Translations under genes and position numbers: made by a program
The notes under the pieces: model-generated
Told to the model about the DNA's origin: nothing
What the model saw: the letters and a program-made list of their open reading frames with translations, nothing else
Database searches by the model: none
DNA from: the human T2T-CHM13v2.0 reference genome, Homo sapiens
Direction: 5' to 3' (one strand)
Length of the DNA: 64,000 bases
NCBI RefSeq assembly: GCF_009914755.1
Contig: NC_060932.1
Shown here: positions 1 to 16,989 of the stretch, one piece after another
Layout: each line of letters starts with the position of its first letter
Numbering within the stretch: position 1 is the stretch's first letter

Positions 1-1236
1 ACATGTGCAGATTTGTTACATGAGTAAATTGCATAATGCTGGGGCTTAATATCCAAATGATTACATCAACAAAGTAGTGAGCATAGTATCCAACAGTTAA
101 CTTTTCAAAACTCACCCCCTTCTTACCCTCCCCTCCCGGTAGTCCCCATTGTCTGTTGTTTTCATCTTTGTATCCTTGTGTACTCAATATTTAGCTCCCA
201 CTTATAAGTAAAACCATGTAGTATTTGGTGTTCTGTTACTGAGTTAATTCACCTATGATGATGGCCTCCAGCTCCATCCATATTGTTGCAAAGGTCATAA
301 TTTCATTCTTTTTATAGCTACCTAGTATTCCATAGTCTACATGTACCACTTTTTTTTTTTTTTTTTTATCCAGCCCAGCGTTGCTGGGAAACTAGGTTGA
401 TTCCATCTATTTGCTATTGTGAATAGTGCCATGATAAACATGAGCTCAGGAGAATTTCTGGTAGAATGATTTTTTTTTTCTTTTGGATATATACCTAGTA
501 ATGGGATTGCTGGGCTGATTGATAGTTCTAAGTTATTTGAGAAATCTCCAAACTGATTTCCACAGTGGCTGAACTAATTTACCTTCCCACCAACAATACA
601 AATATTCTGTTTTCTCCAGAACCTCACCAACATCTTTTATTTTTTACTTTTAGTAATAGCCATTCTAACTTGTATAAGATAGTATCTCATTGTGATTTTG
701 ATTTGCATTTCTCTGACGATTAGTGGTGATGAGCATTTTTTCAGTTATTTGTTGGCCACATGTGTCTTCTTTTGAGAAGTATCTGTTCACGGCTTTTGAC
801 CATTTTTTAATGGGGTTATTTGTTTTTTGCTAACTAAATTGTTTAAGTTCCTTATAGATCCTGGATATTAGATCTTTGTCACATGCGTAGTTTGTGAATA
901 TTTTCTCCCATTCTATAGCTTGCCAGTTTTTTCTGTTGAAAGTTTCTTTTGCTGTGCAGAAGCCAGTTAGTTTAATTAGATTAGGTCCCACTTACCAAAT
1001 TTTGTTTTTGTTGCCGCTACTTTTTGGGGCTTACTCATAAATTATTTGTCAAGGCTGTTGTCCAGAATGGTATTTCCCAGATTTTCTTCTACAATTTTTA
1101 TAGTCTTAGGTCTTACATTTAAGTCTTTAATCCATTTTAATTTAATGTTTATATATGGAAATGTAGGGGTTCATTTTCAATCTTTTGCATATGGCTAGCC
1201 AGTTACCCCCGTACCATTTATTGAATAGGGAATCCT
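1..1236 (-). mobile_element. L1 3' fragment (L1PA13-16/L1PB-like), 5'-truncated, runs off the window start
   Basis: Reverse-complement L1 3'UTR/ORF2-end motifs, e.g. acatgtgcagatttgttacatg, ttagctcccacttataagt, ccatttattgaatagggaatcc. Confidence 0.9.
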
Positions 1237-1239
1237 GAT

Positions 1240-1580
1240 CCTGGATAATTTATAAACAATATACATTTGTACCTCACAGTTCTGGAGGCTGGGAAGTCCA
1301 AGATCAAGATGCCATTAGTTTTGGTGTCTGGTGAGGGCCTGGTCTCTGCTTTTAAGAAAGCACCTTGAATGCTGTGTTCTCACATGGTGGAAAGGATGGA
1401 GGGTACAAAGAGACTTACCTATCTCTCTCCAGTCCTTTTATAAGAAACTAATCCCATCCACAATGGCAGATCCCTCATAGCCTGAATACCTCCTAAAGGC
1501 CCCATCTCTTAAACCTGTTGCACTGGGGATTAAGTTTCAACACGAAAGTTGGAGGAGACACAAATATTCAACCTATAGCA
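1240..1580 (-). mobile_element. MaLR LTR (MSTC/MSTD-like), cut at the L1 junction
   Basis: ctcacagttctggaggctgggaagtccaagatcaag and terminal aatattcaacctatagca. Confidence 0.8.
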
Positions 1581-1779
1581 GAAGGACAGGTAAAAATAGC
1601 CAGGATACAGTAAAAAAAAATTCAGACAAAGGGCAGGGTGTGAACAAAAACAAAGGTGGAAATGAGGTTGTTCTTTTCTTTTCTTTTCCTTTCTTTTCTT
1701 TTGAAGGGTGGTGATAGTGCCACGATTCATGAGAAGATTGAGATAAAGAACACTTAGAGGACTGGTGGGTAATATAGCC

Positions 1780-2403
1780 GAGAAAATAATGCCGCTTCCC
1801 CCACAAAGATGTTCACACTGTAATTCCAGATACCTGTGAATATGTTATCTTAATTGCAAAATAAATTTTGTAGGTGTGATTAAAAGTTATAGACCCTGAA
1901 ACGGAGGGATTACCCCAGAATATATGGGTAAGATCAATCTATTCACATGAGCCATGATTCCAGTCATCAGAGAACTTTCTTCTGCTGGAAGAGAATAAGA
2001 ATGAGGCAGAAAAGAGAGCCAGGGAGATTTGAAGTATGAGAAAGGTTCAACATACCATTAGTCTCTTTGAGGATGGAAAAAGTGGCCACAAGCCAAGGAC
2101 TGCAGATGGCCTCAGTAAACTAAGAATGATCCACTGGCTGACAGCCAGCAAGAAAACAGGGAACTGAATTTATAGAGCTAAATTCTGCCAACAACTTGAG
2201 TGTCTCTGAAAAGAGATTCATCCCCAGAGCCTCCAGAAAGACTCTCAGACCTGCCTACACCTTGATTTTTGCCTCGTGTAACCCAGTGTGGCTGAGGCAC
2301 ACTATGCCAGGAGTTCTAACAATTAGGAGATAGTAAGAGTGTTGTGTTGTTTTTAGCCCCTAAATATGGGTAGTTTTTATAGGCAGTAATAGAAAACTAT
2401 TAG
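1780..2403 (+). mobile_element. MaLR LTR (MLT1D/E-like)
   Basis: aaagatgttcac...cctgtgaatatgtta; aattctgccaacaacttgagtg; ccccagagcctccagaaag; end gcagtaatagaaaacta. Confidence 0.8.
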
Positions 2404-2727
2404 AAGTGCTAAACAGGTACAGAACATCAGACAAAGTGAACATAAAATCATATAAGCTAATGTCTTTCATATGATGTTCTACAGAAAACTAATTTTTGAA
2501 GTAAAAATTCCTGCATTAAACAGAATTAACAAAGTACTTAATCACTTCTTACATTTAATTTGACAATAAAATGCTAATGTGAATGTCTAAGAAAAGGAAT
2601 ATGTGGTACTTTGTAAACTTTAGGTTCACATTGTCTAGGATTTATGGTAAATGGCTGATCTATTCATCCCAGTTAAAAATGTATTCAATTAAACAGTAAT
2701 TTTAAAATTATCTGAAACTATATTTAC

Positions 2728-2857
2728 CTGTTAATTTACTTATATGACTTCAAAATTTGTTTTTCAGATTATCTGATTATTTTCTGAGATCTGAGTTTTT
2801 ATCTTTTTTCATTTTTCTTTTTTAAAATTTTCTTCATTATTCCATATACTTCATTAG
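2728..2857 (-). pseudogene. Candidate decayed exon 9 of an unidentified minus-strand gene
   Basis: Donor CAG|gtaaat at 2728/2727 and weak acceptor gatag at 2858. Reads NEVYGIMKKILKKKNEK, then a frameshift in an A-run, then DKNSDLRK*SDNLKNKF*SHISKLT. Confidence 0.4.
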
Positions 2858-3016
2858 CTATCAGCATTTTTTAGAGAAGGTTAAAAGTTACTTACTATTT
2901 ACAAACATGTAAAGTACTCCCATCATCATAGGGAAACATTGTGGAATTTCTATGTAGTTATATGTTCAGTATTTCAGTCTAACAAAATTATATGTTAAAA
3001 ACAAAGCACTAGGGTA

Positions 3017-6000
3017 TGAGATTTTCTAACCCATGAGAATAGAATGTTTTCCCATTTATCTATGTTGTCTCTGATTTCTTTCAGCACTGTTTTGTAGGTC
3101 TTCTTGTAGAGATCTTTCACCTCCTTGGTTAGCTGTATTCCTAGGTATTTCATTTTCTTCCTATTTTAAATGAGATTATATTCTTGATTTGATGCTCAAG
3201 CCTGGACATTAGTGGTGAATAGAAATGCTAATGACTTTTGTATGTTGATTTTGTATCCTGAAATTTTGCTGAAGTCATTTATCAGTTCTAGGAGACTTTT
3301 AACAGTCTTTGGGGTTTTCTGGGTATAGAACCATATTGTCAGCAAAGACAAATAGTTTGACTTCTTCTTTTCCAATTTGGATGCCTTATATTTCTTTCTC
3401 TTGCATGATTGCTCTGGCTAGCACTTCCAGTACTATGCAGAGTAGGAGTGGTGAGAGTGGGCATTCCATGGTCTATTTCCAGTTCTAAAATAGACTAGTT
3501 CCAGCTTTTTCCTGGTCAGTGTGATGTTGGCTGTGGGTTTGTCATAGATGGCTCTTATTATTTTGAAGTATGTTCCTTTGATGCTTAGTCTGTTAAAGGT
3601 TTTTAACATGAAGGAGTATTGGATTTTGTCAAAAGCTTCTTCCGTATCTATTGAAATGATTTTTTTGTTTTTAATTCTGTTTATTTGGTGAATCACATTT
3701 ATTGATTTGCATATGTTAAACCAACCTTGCATCCCAGGAATAAAGCCTAATTGATCATGGTGTATTAACTTTTTAATGTGTTGCTGGATATGGTTTGCTA
3801 GTATTTTGTTGAGGAATTTTACTATGTTCATCAGGGATATTGGCCTAAAATTTTCCTTTTTCATTGTGTATCTGCCAGATTTTGGTATCAGGCTGAAGCT
3901 GGCTTCATAGAATGACTTAGAGAGGAGAACTTCCCCTTTGATTTTTTTTGGAATAGTTTCAGGAGGATTGGTAACAGTTCTTTGTATGTCTGGTAGAATT
4001 AGGCTGTGAATCCATCTGGTCCAGGAGTTTATTTGGTTGGTAGGTTTTTTATTACTGATTCAGTTTCAGAACTCAGTGTTGGTCTATTCTAGGTTGCAAT
4101 CTCTTCCTGATTTAATATTGGGAGATTGTGATTTTCCAGGAATTTGTCCATTTCCTCTAGATTTCCTAATTCGTGTACATAAAGTTGTTTATAGCAGTCT
4201 CTGAGGATCTTTTATATTTCTGTGGGATTACTTGTAATGTCTTGTCATTTCTGATTGTACTTACGTTGATCTCATTTTTCTTTGCCAATCTTATTTATTC
4301 TTTCAAAAACACAACTCTTGGTTTTATTGACCTTATGTATAGATTGTTGTATCTCATTTTTGTTCAGTTCTTCTTTTTGTGCAAAAAGAAGATTTATTTT
4401 ATTTATTTATTTTATTTTATATAAGATTTATGTTGTATCTCATTTTTGTTCAGTTCTTCTTTTTGTACAAAAAGAAGATTTATTTTATTCTGCTAGCTTT
4501 GGGTAAGTTGGCTCTTTTTTTCTAGTTCCTTTAGGTGAAAAGTTAGATTGTTAATTTGAGATCTTACTAACTTCTGGATGAAGGCATTTAGCACTATAGA
4601 CACATTTCTTAATAATGCTTTACCTGCATCCCAGAGGTTTTGGTAAGTCGTGTCCCTATTTTCATCAATTTAAAATAATTTTCTATTTCTGCTTCAATTT
4701 TCATCTTCATCCAGAAGTTACACAGGAGCAAGTTGTTTAGTTTACATGTATTTTTTGCAGTTTGAGGGATCTTCTTGATATTGATTTCTATTTTTATTGC
4801 ACTGTGGTCCAAAAGTGTGCTTGATATAATTTCAATTTTTTTTTGAATTGAGACTTGCTTTATGACCAAGCATGTGTTAGATATTAGAATATGTTCTGTG
4901 TGCAGATGAAAAATAAATGTATATTCTGTGGTGGTTGGGGGAGCGTTCTGTAGATATCTATTAGGTCTAATTTGGTCAAGCATCAAGGTTAAGTCCAGAG
5001 TTTCTTTGTTAGTTTTCTTCCTTGATAATCTGTCTAACACTGTCAGTGAGGTTTTGAAGCCACTCACTATTATTGTATAGCTGTCTAAATCTTTTTGTAG
5101 GTCAAGAAGAACTTGTTTTATGAATCTGGGTGCACCGATGTTGGGTGCATACAACTGTAGGATAGTTAAGTGTTCTTGTTTAATTTTACCCTTTATCATT
5201 ACAAAATGTCCTTCTTTGACCTTCTTAATTGTCATTGATTTAAAGAATGTTTTGCCTGATATAAGAACAGCAACTCCTGCTATTATTGGTTTTCTGTTTG
5301 CATGATAGATCTTTCTCCATCCCTTTACTTTGAGCCTGTGGTTGTCACTACATGTGGGATGGGCCTCTTAAAGACAGGAGATGATTGGTTATCATTTTGT
5401 CATCCAGCCAACCACTCTAAGTCTTGTGAGTGAGACATTTGTTCCATTTACATTCAGTGTTAGTATTTCTATGTCAGATTTTGATCCTATTATTGTGCTG
5501 TTACAAGTTGTTTTGTAGACTTGATTGTATAGTTGCTTTATAGTGTCTATGAGCTATGTGCTTAAGCGTGTTTTTGTTGTAGCAAGTATTATTCTTTTGA
5601 TTTATGTTTAGCACTTCCTTAAGGGCCTTTTATAAGACTGGTCTATTTGAACCAAATTCACTCAGTGTTTGCTTGTCTGAGGTGGATTATATTTCTCCTT
5701 CACTTATAAATCTTAGTTTGGTGCGATTGAAAATACTTGGGTAGAATTTCTTTTCTTTAAAGATGTTTAAAATAAGCCCCCAATCTCTTATGGCTTGTAA
5801 GTTTTCTGCTAAGAGGTCTTCCACTAGCCTGCTGGGATTCCCTCTGTATGTGACCTGACCCTTTTCTCTAGCTGTCTTTCAGAATTTTTTTTTTTTTTTG
5901 CATTGATCTTAGTGAATCTGATGACTATGTTTCTTGGGGAGGGCCATCTTGTATAGTATGTAGCTGGGGTTCTCTGTGTTTCTTGAGTTTCCATGTCAAT

Positions 6001-7910
6001 CTCTCTAGTGAGATTAGGAAAATTTTTGTGGACTATGTCCTCTAATATATTTTCTGAGTTGTTTATTCTCTCTCCTTTTCTCTCAGCAATGTGAATGAAA
6101 CATAGATCTGGTAATCTTACACAATCCCATATTTGTCAGAGGTTATATTCATTTTTAAAAATTTTTTTAAATTTATTTGTTTCAGACTGAGTCGACTTGA
6201 AGAACTGGTCTTTGAGCATTGAGATTCTTTTGACACCTTGGTCTATTCTGCTGTTAATACTTCTGATTATATTGTGAAATTCTTGTAGTGAATTGTTCAA
6301 CCCTGAAAATTCAGCTTTGTTCTTTCTTAAAATGTCTATTTTTTTATTTCAGCTCTTAGATCATTTTACTGGATACCTTGAATTCCTTGGATTGGGCTTC
6401 AAGTTCCTCCTTAATCTTAGTGAGCTTCCTTGCCATCCAGATTCTGAATTCTATGTCTGTCCTTTCAGACATTTCAGACTTGTTAAGAATCATTGCTGGG
6501 GAGCCAGCAGACTCATTTGAAGATAAGGGGACACTCTGGATTTTTGAATTGTCAGAGTTATTGCACTGATGTTTTCTCATCTGAGAGGGTTGGTATTCCT
6601 TTAACTGTGGTATAAATTGAGTATAGTTAGTTTGCTTTGTTTTTGGGTGTTTTCAGAGGGCTGAGGCTCTGTTTAAGGTCTTTCTTTGTGGCTGAATTAT
6701 TGCCCTTGGTTTTACAGGAAGGTATATTCACAGAATAATTTTGTTGTTATAGTTTGAGCTGCAATCCATTAGATGCCACTTAAGTTTAATGGCCAGTAGA
6801 TAGGCTCTTACTCAGCCACACTCTTTCTTTGTTTTTCTTCATGTTTAGAGCCACGCTTTGCAGTGTGGTGGAGAGAAAGGTGACCCCCCTCATCAAGTCC
6901 GGTCCTGGGCATTGGTCAAGGCCCTTCCTATCACTGACACCATGCTCTCATTTCTTCTGTTAGGTGTTCCAGGCTGCAGGTCTTCCTCGGGCAGAGGAAG
7001 ATAGGCCACAGCCTTTCCAGAGCCACTCTGTGGAGGAAGGCATGATTTGCTCCTGCACCAGCCTACAAAACCACACTTCTCACCCCTCTCAGTGCTCTGA
7101 GAGTGTGGGCTCCTCCTTTCTTTGAGTTCCAGGCACAGATTTAAGCTCAACACTCTCAAGCTGCACACCACAGCTCTAAGGCACTGGGACTGGCTTATGG
7201 CTCCATCCTCTGGATTCTCATTGTTGAGTTCTGGATGCACTGGGGGGTCTAAAGTTCTCTCAGGTCACTGGGAACATACTCAGATAAAGCAAAGCACACA
7301 GGCTGGCAGTGGAGGCTGTACTGTGCACATGCTCCTGTGGGATGCCCAGGCAGGGCCCCCGGGAGGGGCTGGCAGTCAAATGGTCCAGCATAACAAACAT
7401 GCCCCAGTCCTTCACAGAAGCCACCCCAACTTTCACCTGGCCCAGCATTCATCTGGTAATAGACTTTCTCAGAGGGAGATAAGGATCTCTTGGGGATGGG
7501 CACCTATTACCACCACATGCACAAAGGACCCTGGCACCATGCTGGCTGAATCCCTGTCTGCCTACTCTCCTGGTAGATCCCCCTGCCAGTTCAAACATCC
7601 ATGGGGGAAGTAGGATCCCTTGTAGCTAGGATCCCAGAGTTTCATGGAAAGAGTGGGCAATCCCGCAGTTCCTTTACTCCTTCTCCGGGAGCTATATGGG
7701 GCTAGAAACTAACCCTAGAATTTGGGTACCTCACACAGGCTTCCCAGCTTTCTCCCTATTCGGCCTCAGTGTCTACATGGTATGTTCATCCACCCTTGGC
7801 ATTTTCTATCCAAACATCTGTTCAAATTATATTGGTTTATTCAAAATTTTGGTCTCTCTCAGTGGGAGCAATGCATCCTGGCTACATCTAATTGGCCGCC
7901 TTATCCCTCT
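3017..7910 (-). mobile_element. Old primate L1 (L1PA15/16 or L1PB-like) with 5'UTR, ORF1 and 5' part of ORF2; 3' end missing
   Basis: ORF2 fragments 3433-3864 ([15 protein letters not shown] start) and 4609-5235 (endonuclease); ORF1-like 6356-6580; GC-richer 5'UTR ending about 7910. Confidence 0.9.
4345..4489. repeat. Local duplication of about 59 bp, each copy holding a 24-bp palindrome
   Basis: Copies at 4345-4403 and 4431-4489; tcttctttttgt-acaaaaagaaga at 4455-4478 is a perfect palindrome. Confidence 0.9.
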
Positions 7911-8349
7911 CTCTCAAGATTCAGTATGACTGCTCAAGAATTCCTGGTGAAAATAACTAGAGTCACAGCCACACTGAAATAAGAGGGAGTATTCTTTCTG
8001 GCTGAGATTTTAGAACATGCATACACACAGAAAACTTTAAATGAATTATTGAATAAGACTAAAGAAGAGTCTCAATAGAGAACCATCCAAGTAATAAATA
8101 AAATGATGTCATGCATGAATAGACATAGGAAGCAATAAAAATTTATTAGGGCAGAATAGCAGAAATCAATAGCAATATAGTTTTCATCTGTCAAAGTGGA
8201 AATTAATGTGTAGTATTAAAAGATTTAATACATCAGGTTAATATTACCAATCAATTACCAGTTATACATTTTTATGCATATAGGCTGAACAATCCTGAAT
8301 TAAATATTTTAAAATGTCTAAACAATAGGAAACAATGAGCTTTTTATAC

Positions 8350-8420
8350 AATGTCTGTGAAGTTTATATGCTAAACATGCAATTTGTTCAAAATCAAGTA
8401 TGTCTGGGTTTTTTTTGCAA
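8350..8420 (-). pseudogene. Candidate decayed exon 8, 3' half (downstream of the L1 insertion)
   Basis: Open reading PDILDFEQIACLAYKLHRH next to the L1 poly(A); weak donor T|gtataa at 8350/8349. Confidence 0.4.
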
Positions 8421-8623
8421 TTTTTTTTATTATACTTTTAAGTTCTAGGGTACGTGTGCACAATGTGCAGGTTTGTTACATATGTATACATGTGCATGTT
8501 GGTGTGCTGCACCCATTAACTCGTCATTTACATTAGGTATATCTCCTATGTTATCCCTACTCCACCCCATGACAGGCCCCGGTGTGTGATGTTCCCCTTC
8601 CTGTGTCCAAGTGTTTTCATTGT

Positions 8624-12519
<3,896 letters not shown>

Positions 12520-12582
12520 TATGATATCAGCTGGTTATTTTGCTCGTTAGTTGATGCAGTTTCTTCATAGCATCGATGTTCT

Positions 12583-13597
12583 TTACAATTTGGCATGTTT
12601 TTGCAGCAGCTAATACCGGTTGTTCCTTTCCATGTTTAGTGCTTCCTTCAGGGGCTCTTTTAGGGCACGCCTGGTGGTGACAAAATATCTCAGCATTTGC
12701 TTGTCTGTAAAGGATTTTATTTCTTCTTCACTTATGAAGCTTAGTTTGGCTGGATATGAAATTCTGGGTTCAAAATTCTTTTCTTTAAGAATGTTGAATA
12801 TTGGCCCCTACTCTCTTCTGGCTTGTAGAGTTTCTGCCGAGAAATCCGCTGTTAGTCTGATGGGATTCCCTTTGTGGGTAACCTGACCTTTCTCTCTGGC
12901 TGCCCTTAACATTTTTTCTTTCTTTTCAACTTTGGTGAATCTGACAATTATGTGTCTTGGAGTTGCTCTTCTCGAGGAGTATCTTTGTGGCATTCTCTGT
13001 ATTTCCTGAATTTGAATGTTGGCCTGCCTTGCTAGGTTGGGGAAGTTCTCCTGGATAATATCCTGCAGAGTGTTTTCCAACTTGGTTCCATTCTCCCCAT
13101 CACTTTCAGGTATGCCAATCAGACATAGATTTGGTCTTTTCACATAGTCCCATGTTTCTTGGAGGCTTTGTTCGTTTCTTTTTACTCTTTTTTTCTCTAA
13201 ACTTCTCTCCTGGCTTCATTTCATTCATTTGATCTTCAATCACTGATACCCTTTCTTCCACTTGATCAAATCGGCTACTGAAGCTTGTGCATTCGTCGCA
13301 TAGTTCTCGTGCCATGGTTTTCAGCTCCGTCAGGTCATTTAAAGACTTCTCTACACTGGTTATTCTAATTAGCCATTCGTCTTATCCTTTTTCAAGGTTT
13401 TTAGCTTCTTTGTGATGGGTTCGAACTTCCTCCTTTAGCTCAGAGAAGTTTGATCATCTGAAGCCTTCCCTCAACTCATCAAAGTCATTCTCCATCCAGC
13501 TTTGTTCCGTTGCTGGTGAGAAGCTGCGTTCCTTTGGAGGGGGAGAGGTACTCTGATTTTTAGGGTTTTCAGCTTTTCTGCTCTGTTTTTTCCCCAT
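12583..13597 (-). pseudogene. L1 ORF1, disrupted
   Basis: MGKKQSRK start at 13597; KRPNL..IGIPESDGENGTKLENTLQDIIQENFPNL; split across frames. Confidence 0.95.
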
Positions 13598-14618
13598 CAT
13601 TGTGGTTTTATCTACCTTTTGTCTTTGATGATGGTGACGTACAGATGGGGTTTTGGTGTGGATGTCCTTTCTGTTTGTTAGTTTTCCTTTTAACATCAGG
13701 ACCCTCGGCTGCAGGTCTGTTGGAGTTTGCTGGAGGTCCACTCCAGACCCTGTTTGTCTGGGTATCAGCAGCGGAGGCGCGGAACAGCGAATATTGCTGA
13801 ACAGCAAATGTTGCTGCCTGATTGTTCCTCTGGAAGCTTCGTCTCAGAGGGGTACCCGGCCCTGTGGGGTGTCAGTCTGCCCCTGCTGGCAGTGCCTCCC
13901 AGTTAGGCTACTCAGGGTTCATGGACCCACTTGAGGAGGCAGTCTGTCCATTCTTAGATCTCACACTCCGTGCTGGGAGAAGACCTACTCTCTTCAAAGC
14001 TGTCAGACAGGGACATTTAAGTCTGCAGAGATTTCTGCTGCCTTTTGTTCAGCTATGACTTGCCCCCAGAGATGGAGTCTACAGAGGCAGGCAGGCCTCC
14101 ATGAGCTGCATTGGGATCCACCCAGTTCGAGCTTCCAGGCCGTTTTGTTTACCTACTCAAGCCTCAGCAATGCTGGGTGCCCCTCCCCCAGCCTTGCTGC
14201 CGCCTTGCAGTTAGATCTCAGACTGCTGTGCTAACAATGAGTGAGGCTCCGTGGGCATGGGACCCTCTGAGCCAGGCGTGGGATATAATTTCCTGGTGTA
14301 CTGTTTGCTAAGACTGTTGGAAAAGTGCAATTGGGTGGAAGTGACCCAATTTTCCAGGTGCTGTCTGTCACAGCTTCCCTTGGCTAGGAAAGGGAATTCC
14401 TTAACGCCTTGCGCTTCCCAGGTGAGGTGATGCCTCGCCCTGCTACGGCTCATGTTTGATGGGCTGCACCCTCTGTCCTGCACCCACTGTCTGACAAGCC
14501 CCAGTGAGATGAACCCGGTACCTCAGTTGGAAATGCAGAAATCACCTGTCTTCTGCATTGCTCATGCTGGGAGCTGTAGACTGGAGCTGTTCCTATTCAG
14601 CCATCTTGGAACCACCCC
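13598..14618. promoter_or_regulatory. L1 5'UTR containing the sense and antisense promoter regions
   Basis: Complete L1PA 5'UTR including the YY1-site region (aagatggc) at the 5' end; promoter activity is inferred from family knowledge only. Confidence 0.7.
14170..14214 (+). pseudogene. L1 ORF0 homolog truncated by a premature TAG
   Basis: ATG CTG GGT GCC CCT CCC CCA GCC TTG CTG CCG CCT TGC AGT TAG = MLGAPPPALLPPCS*, resembling the recalled ORF0 N-terminus MAGAPPPASLPPCSL. Confidence 0.75.
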
Positions 14619-14805
14619 TATTTCTTTTATTTTATGCCCTATATGTTTTTTCACATTGACAGTATCAACTAATTCAAAAGTTAGAAATCAGGTGTCATGT
14701 TTCTTTGTTTTCTCCTTCTTCTATTTTTGGTTTTTGGTTTATTTTTTCATAAGCTCATTGATGTATGCTTAATATGATTTTTGTTATTGATATAAATTGG
14801 AAATA
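14619..14805 (-). pseudogene. Candidate decayed exon 8, 5' half (upstream of the L1 insertion)
   Basis: Acceptor tttatttcaccacatag| at 14806. Reads YFQFISITKIILSIHQ*AYEKINQKPKIEEGENKET*HLISNF, then a frameshift in a T-run, then ELVDTVNVKKHIGHKIKEI up to the L1 5' end. Confidence 0.45.
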
Positions 14806-15662
14806 CTATGTGGTGAAATAAAGTATTGACTCTAAATATAATCCAGATAATAAAATACATGTAGTGAGGCTTAATTTTATTCTTACATTTTCAAAATGAT
14901 TGACTCTAAGTATTTTAAATAATTTCGTAAATATTTATACACTATATATTAAATATATACTATGTATATATTTCTATTGACAAAACCTTTATAAATATGG
15001 TAACTTTTAAACACAAAACACCAGTTGCATACTTAACAAAGTAGATCATATGCTTTTTTTAAAAAAATCCCAGGTATAAAATTTATCTGAGATTAATGTT
15101 GAAAATTTTATATTATAAACTAACATCAAATAAAATTTTTTTTACACAACTTTCCACTAAAAATAATTTGAAGATGGCAAACTCCTTAGTCCACCAAATA
15201 TAAGAATTGATAGGTACTGATGTTTTTTGTGGTTACTACAGAGAGCTTAACAGCATTAATATTCAGAAGAACTTTTCTCACAAGAGTTTTTATTGATGCA
15301 CATTTATTTAAAATGATTTGGTTATCATAAGTTACAGAAACATGGTAAAATTTCAGTCATACATATTTACAAATAGACATGATTTTATACTTTTATTTTG
15401 TTAGTCCACATTTAATTTTTTCCAATAAGTAAATGTGACTTCCTCCACTTATTTTTTCATAAAATGTAGCATCATTTATCATTATATCTGTTCTCCTTCT
15501 GTCTCTTATCATTTCTTTCCTTTTCACTACCCTGATTCTCCCTTATATATACAGACACGTCCTCCCCAAGGGACTATTGAAGATGCCTGTGAGATGCAAG
15601 TCACAAGCTGAGGCTCTGCAACTTGCTTGTATACAATGTACTAGGTAGCATGGGATACTTAC

Positions 15663-15711
15663 AATATCTTATAAATTTGATAATACAGAGGCTTGACGAG
15701 ACTCTTTTAGC
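15663..15711 (-). pseudogene. Candidate exon 7 (49 nt)
   Basis: Acceptor ttttggtttcatttaag| and donor ATT|gtaagt; reads AKRVSSSLCIIKFIRY or LKESRQASVLSNL*DI. Confidence 0.55.
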
Positions 15712-16104
15712 CTTAAATGAAACCAAAATAATTTCACTCACTATTTCTCTTTTGGTTATTCTGAGGTATAAAGAAGGAAAATATACAAGTGTTCATGTGA
15801 TGAGAGGTACTGAATCACTGAAAATAAACTGGCCTAGAAGCAATACCAGGATCGAGAGAGGTAAGTGACTGAACTCCATTTAGACAATAACCACTCTGGG
15901 ATGATCCTTTAAGACCAAAACCAGCCTTAAAAATGGAAAATAATTCAAAGAGTGAATGATTATATAAAAGTAAAATGAGAATAAGTAAAAAACTAATCTC
16001 AAAGTTTCTGCTTAACTTTCTAATTATCATATTTATTTTATCATTACTAAGGATTATATTTGTAATATTCATAAATTTAAGAAACAGTTTTTGGAGTCTG
16101 GAAG

Positions 16105-16512
16105 TGCAGGCACAGAAAGACGAAGATTGTGTGATCTCACTTGTATGTGGAATTTTAAAAAGTCAAACTCATAGGAACAGGTGGTTGTCAGGGGCTGCTG
16201 GGGAGAGGAACAGTGAGAGGTTGGTCCAAGGGTAAAAAGAGTTAGTTAGATAGGATGTATAAGTTCTAGAGACCTATCGTATGGTATGGTGACTATAGCT
16301 AATGCACTGTATAATTGGAAATTGTTAAAAGAGTAGATCCTCAATGTTATCTCAAAGAAATAAGTATATAAGGTGATAGATATGTTAATTAGCTTGACAA
16401 TCGTTTTTCTATATATATACATATATATCAAAACATTACATTTTGTGCCACAAGTTTATACAATTTTTATGTCAATTATACATTACTAAAACTAGAAAAA
16501 AATTAAATTAAA
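16105..16512 (+). mobile_element. L1MA/L1MB 3' end
   Basis: cacagaaagac...gatctcacttgtatgtggaat; ggtgatagatatgttaattagcttga; A-rich tail. Confidence 0.8.
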
Positions 16513-16623
16513 AACAATCCAAACAGATCTTTTCTATTAAAAAAAGCAAAATGGTCTCTATTAAATCATATGATTGGTTTTCTCTGCCATCTCTAAAATA
16601 AGTACAATTATAATGTTATGCAG

Positions 16624-16934
16624 TTTTTTTGCTTTTGTTTTTGTTTTTTTTTTTTTTTTTTGACAGAATCTCTGTCGTGAGGCTGGAGTACAGTGTCGTG
16701 ATCTTGGCTCACTATAACCTCCACCTCCCAGGTTCAAGCGATTCTCCTTCCTCAGCCTCCTAAGTAGCTGGGACTACAGACACATGCCACCACACTGGGC
16801 TAATTTTTGTGTTTTTAGTAGAGATGGGGTTGCACCATGTTGGCCAGGATGGTCTTGATCTCTTGACCTCGTGATCTGCCCCCCTCGGCCTCCCAAAGTG
16901 CTGTGATTACAGGCGTGAGCCACCACACCCAGCC
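16624..16934 (-). mobile_element. Alu (AluSc-like)
   Basis: Poly(T) followed by Alu body with gccaggatggtcttgatctcttgacctcgtgatc. Confidence 0.95.
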
Positions 16935-16989
16935 TGTTTTACAGTTTTGAACTTAAAATTTATGAGCTGTGGAGACACACTTGAGCTGC

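Noticed and set aside
6893-7982. Cluster of ORFs up to 163 aa
   Set aside because: These fall in a GC-richer L1 5'UTR, where stop codons are naturally sparse.
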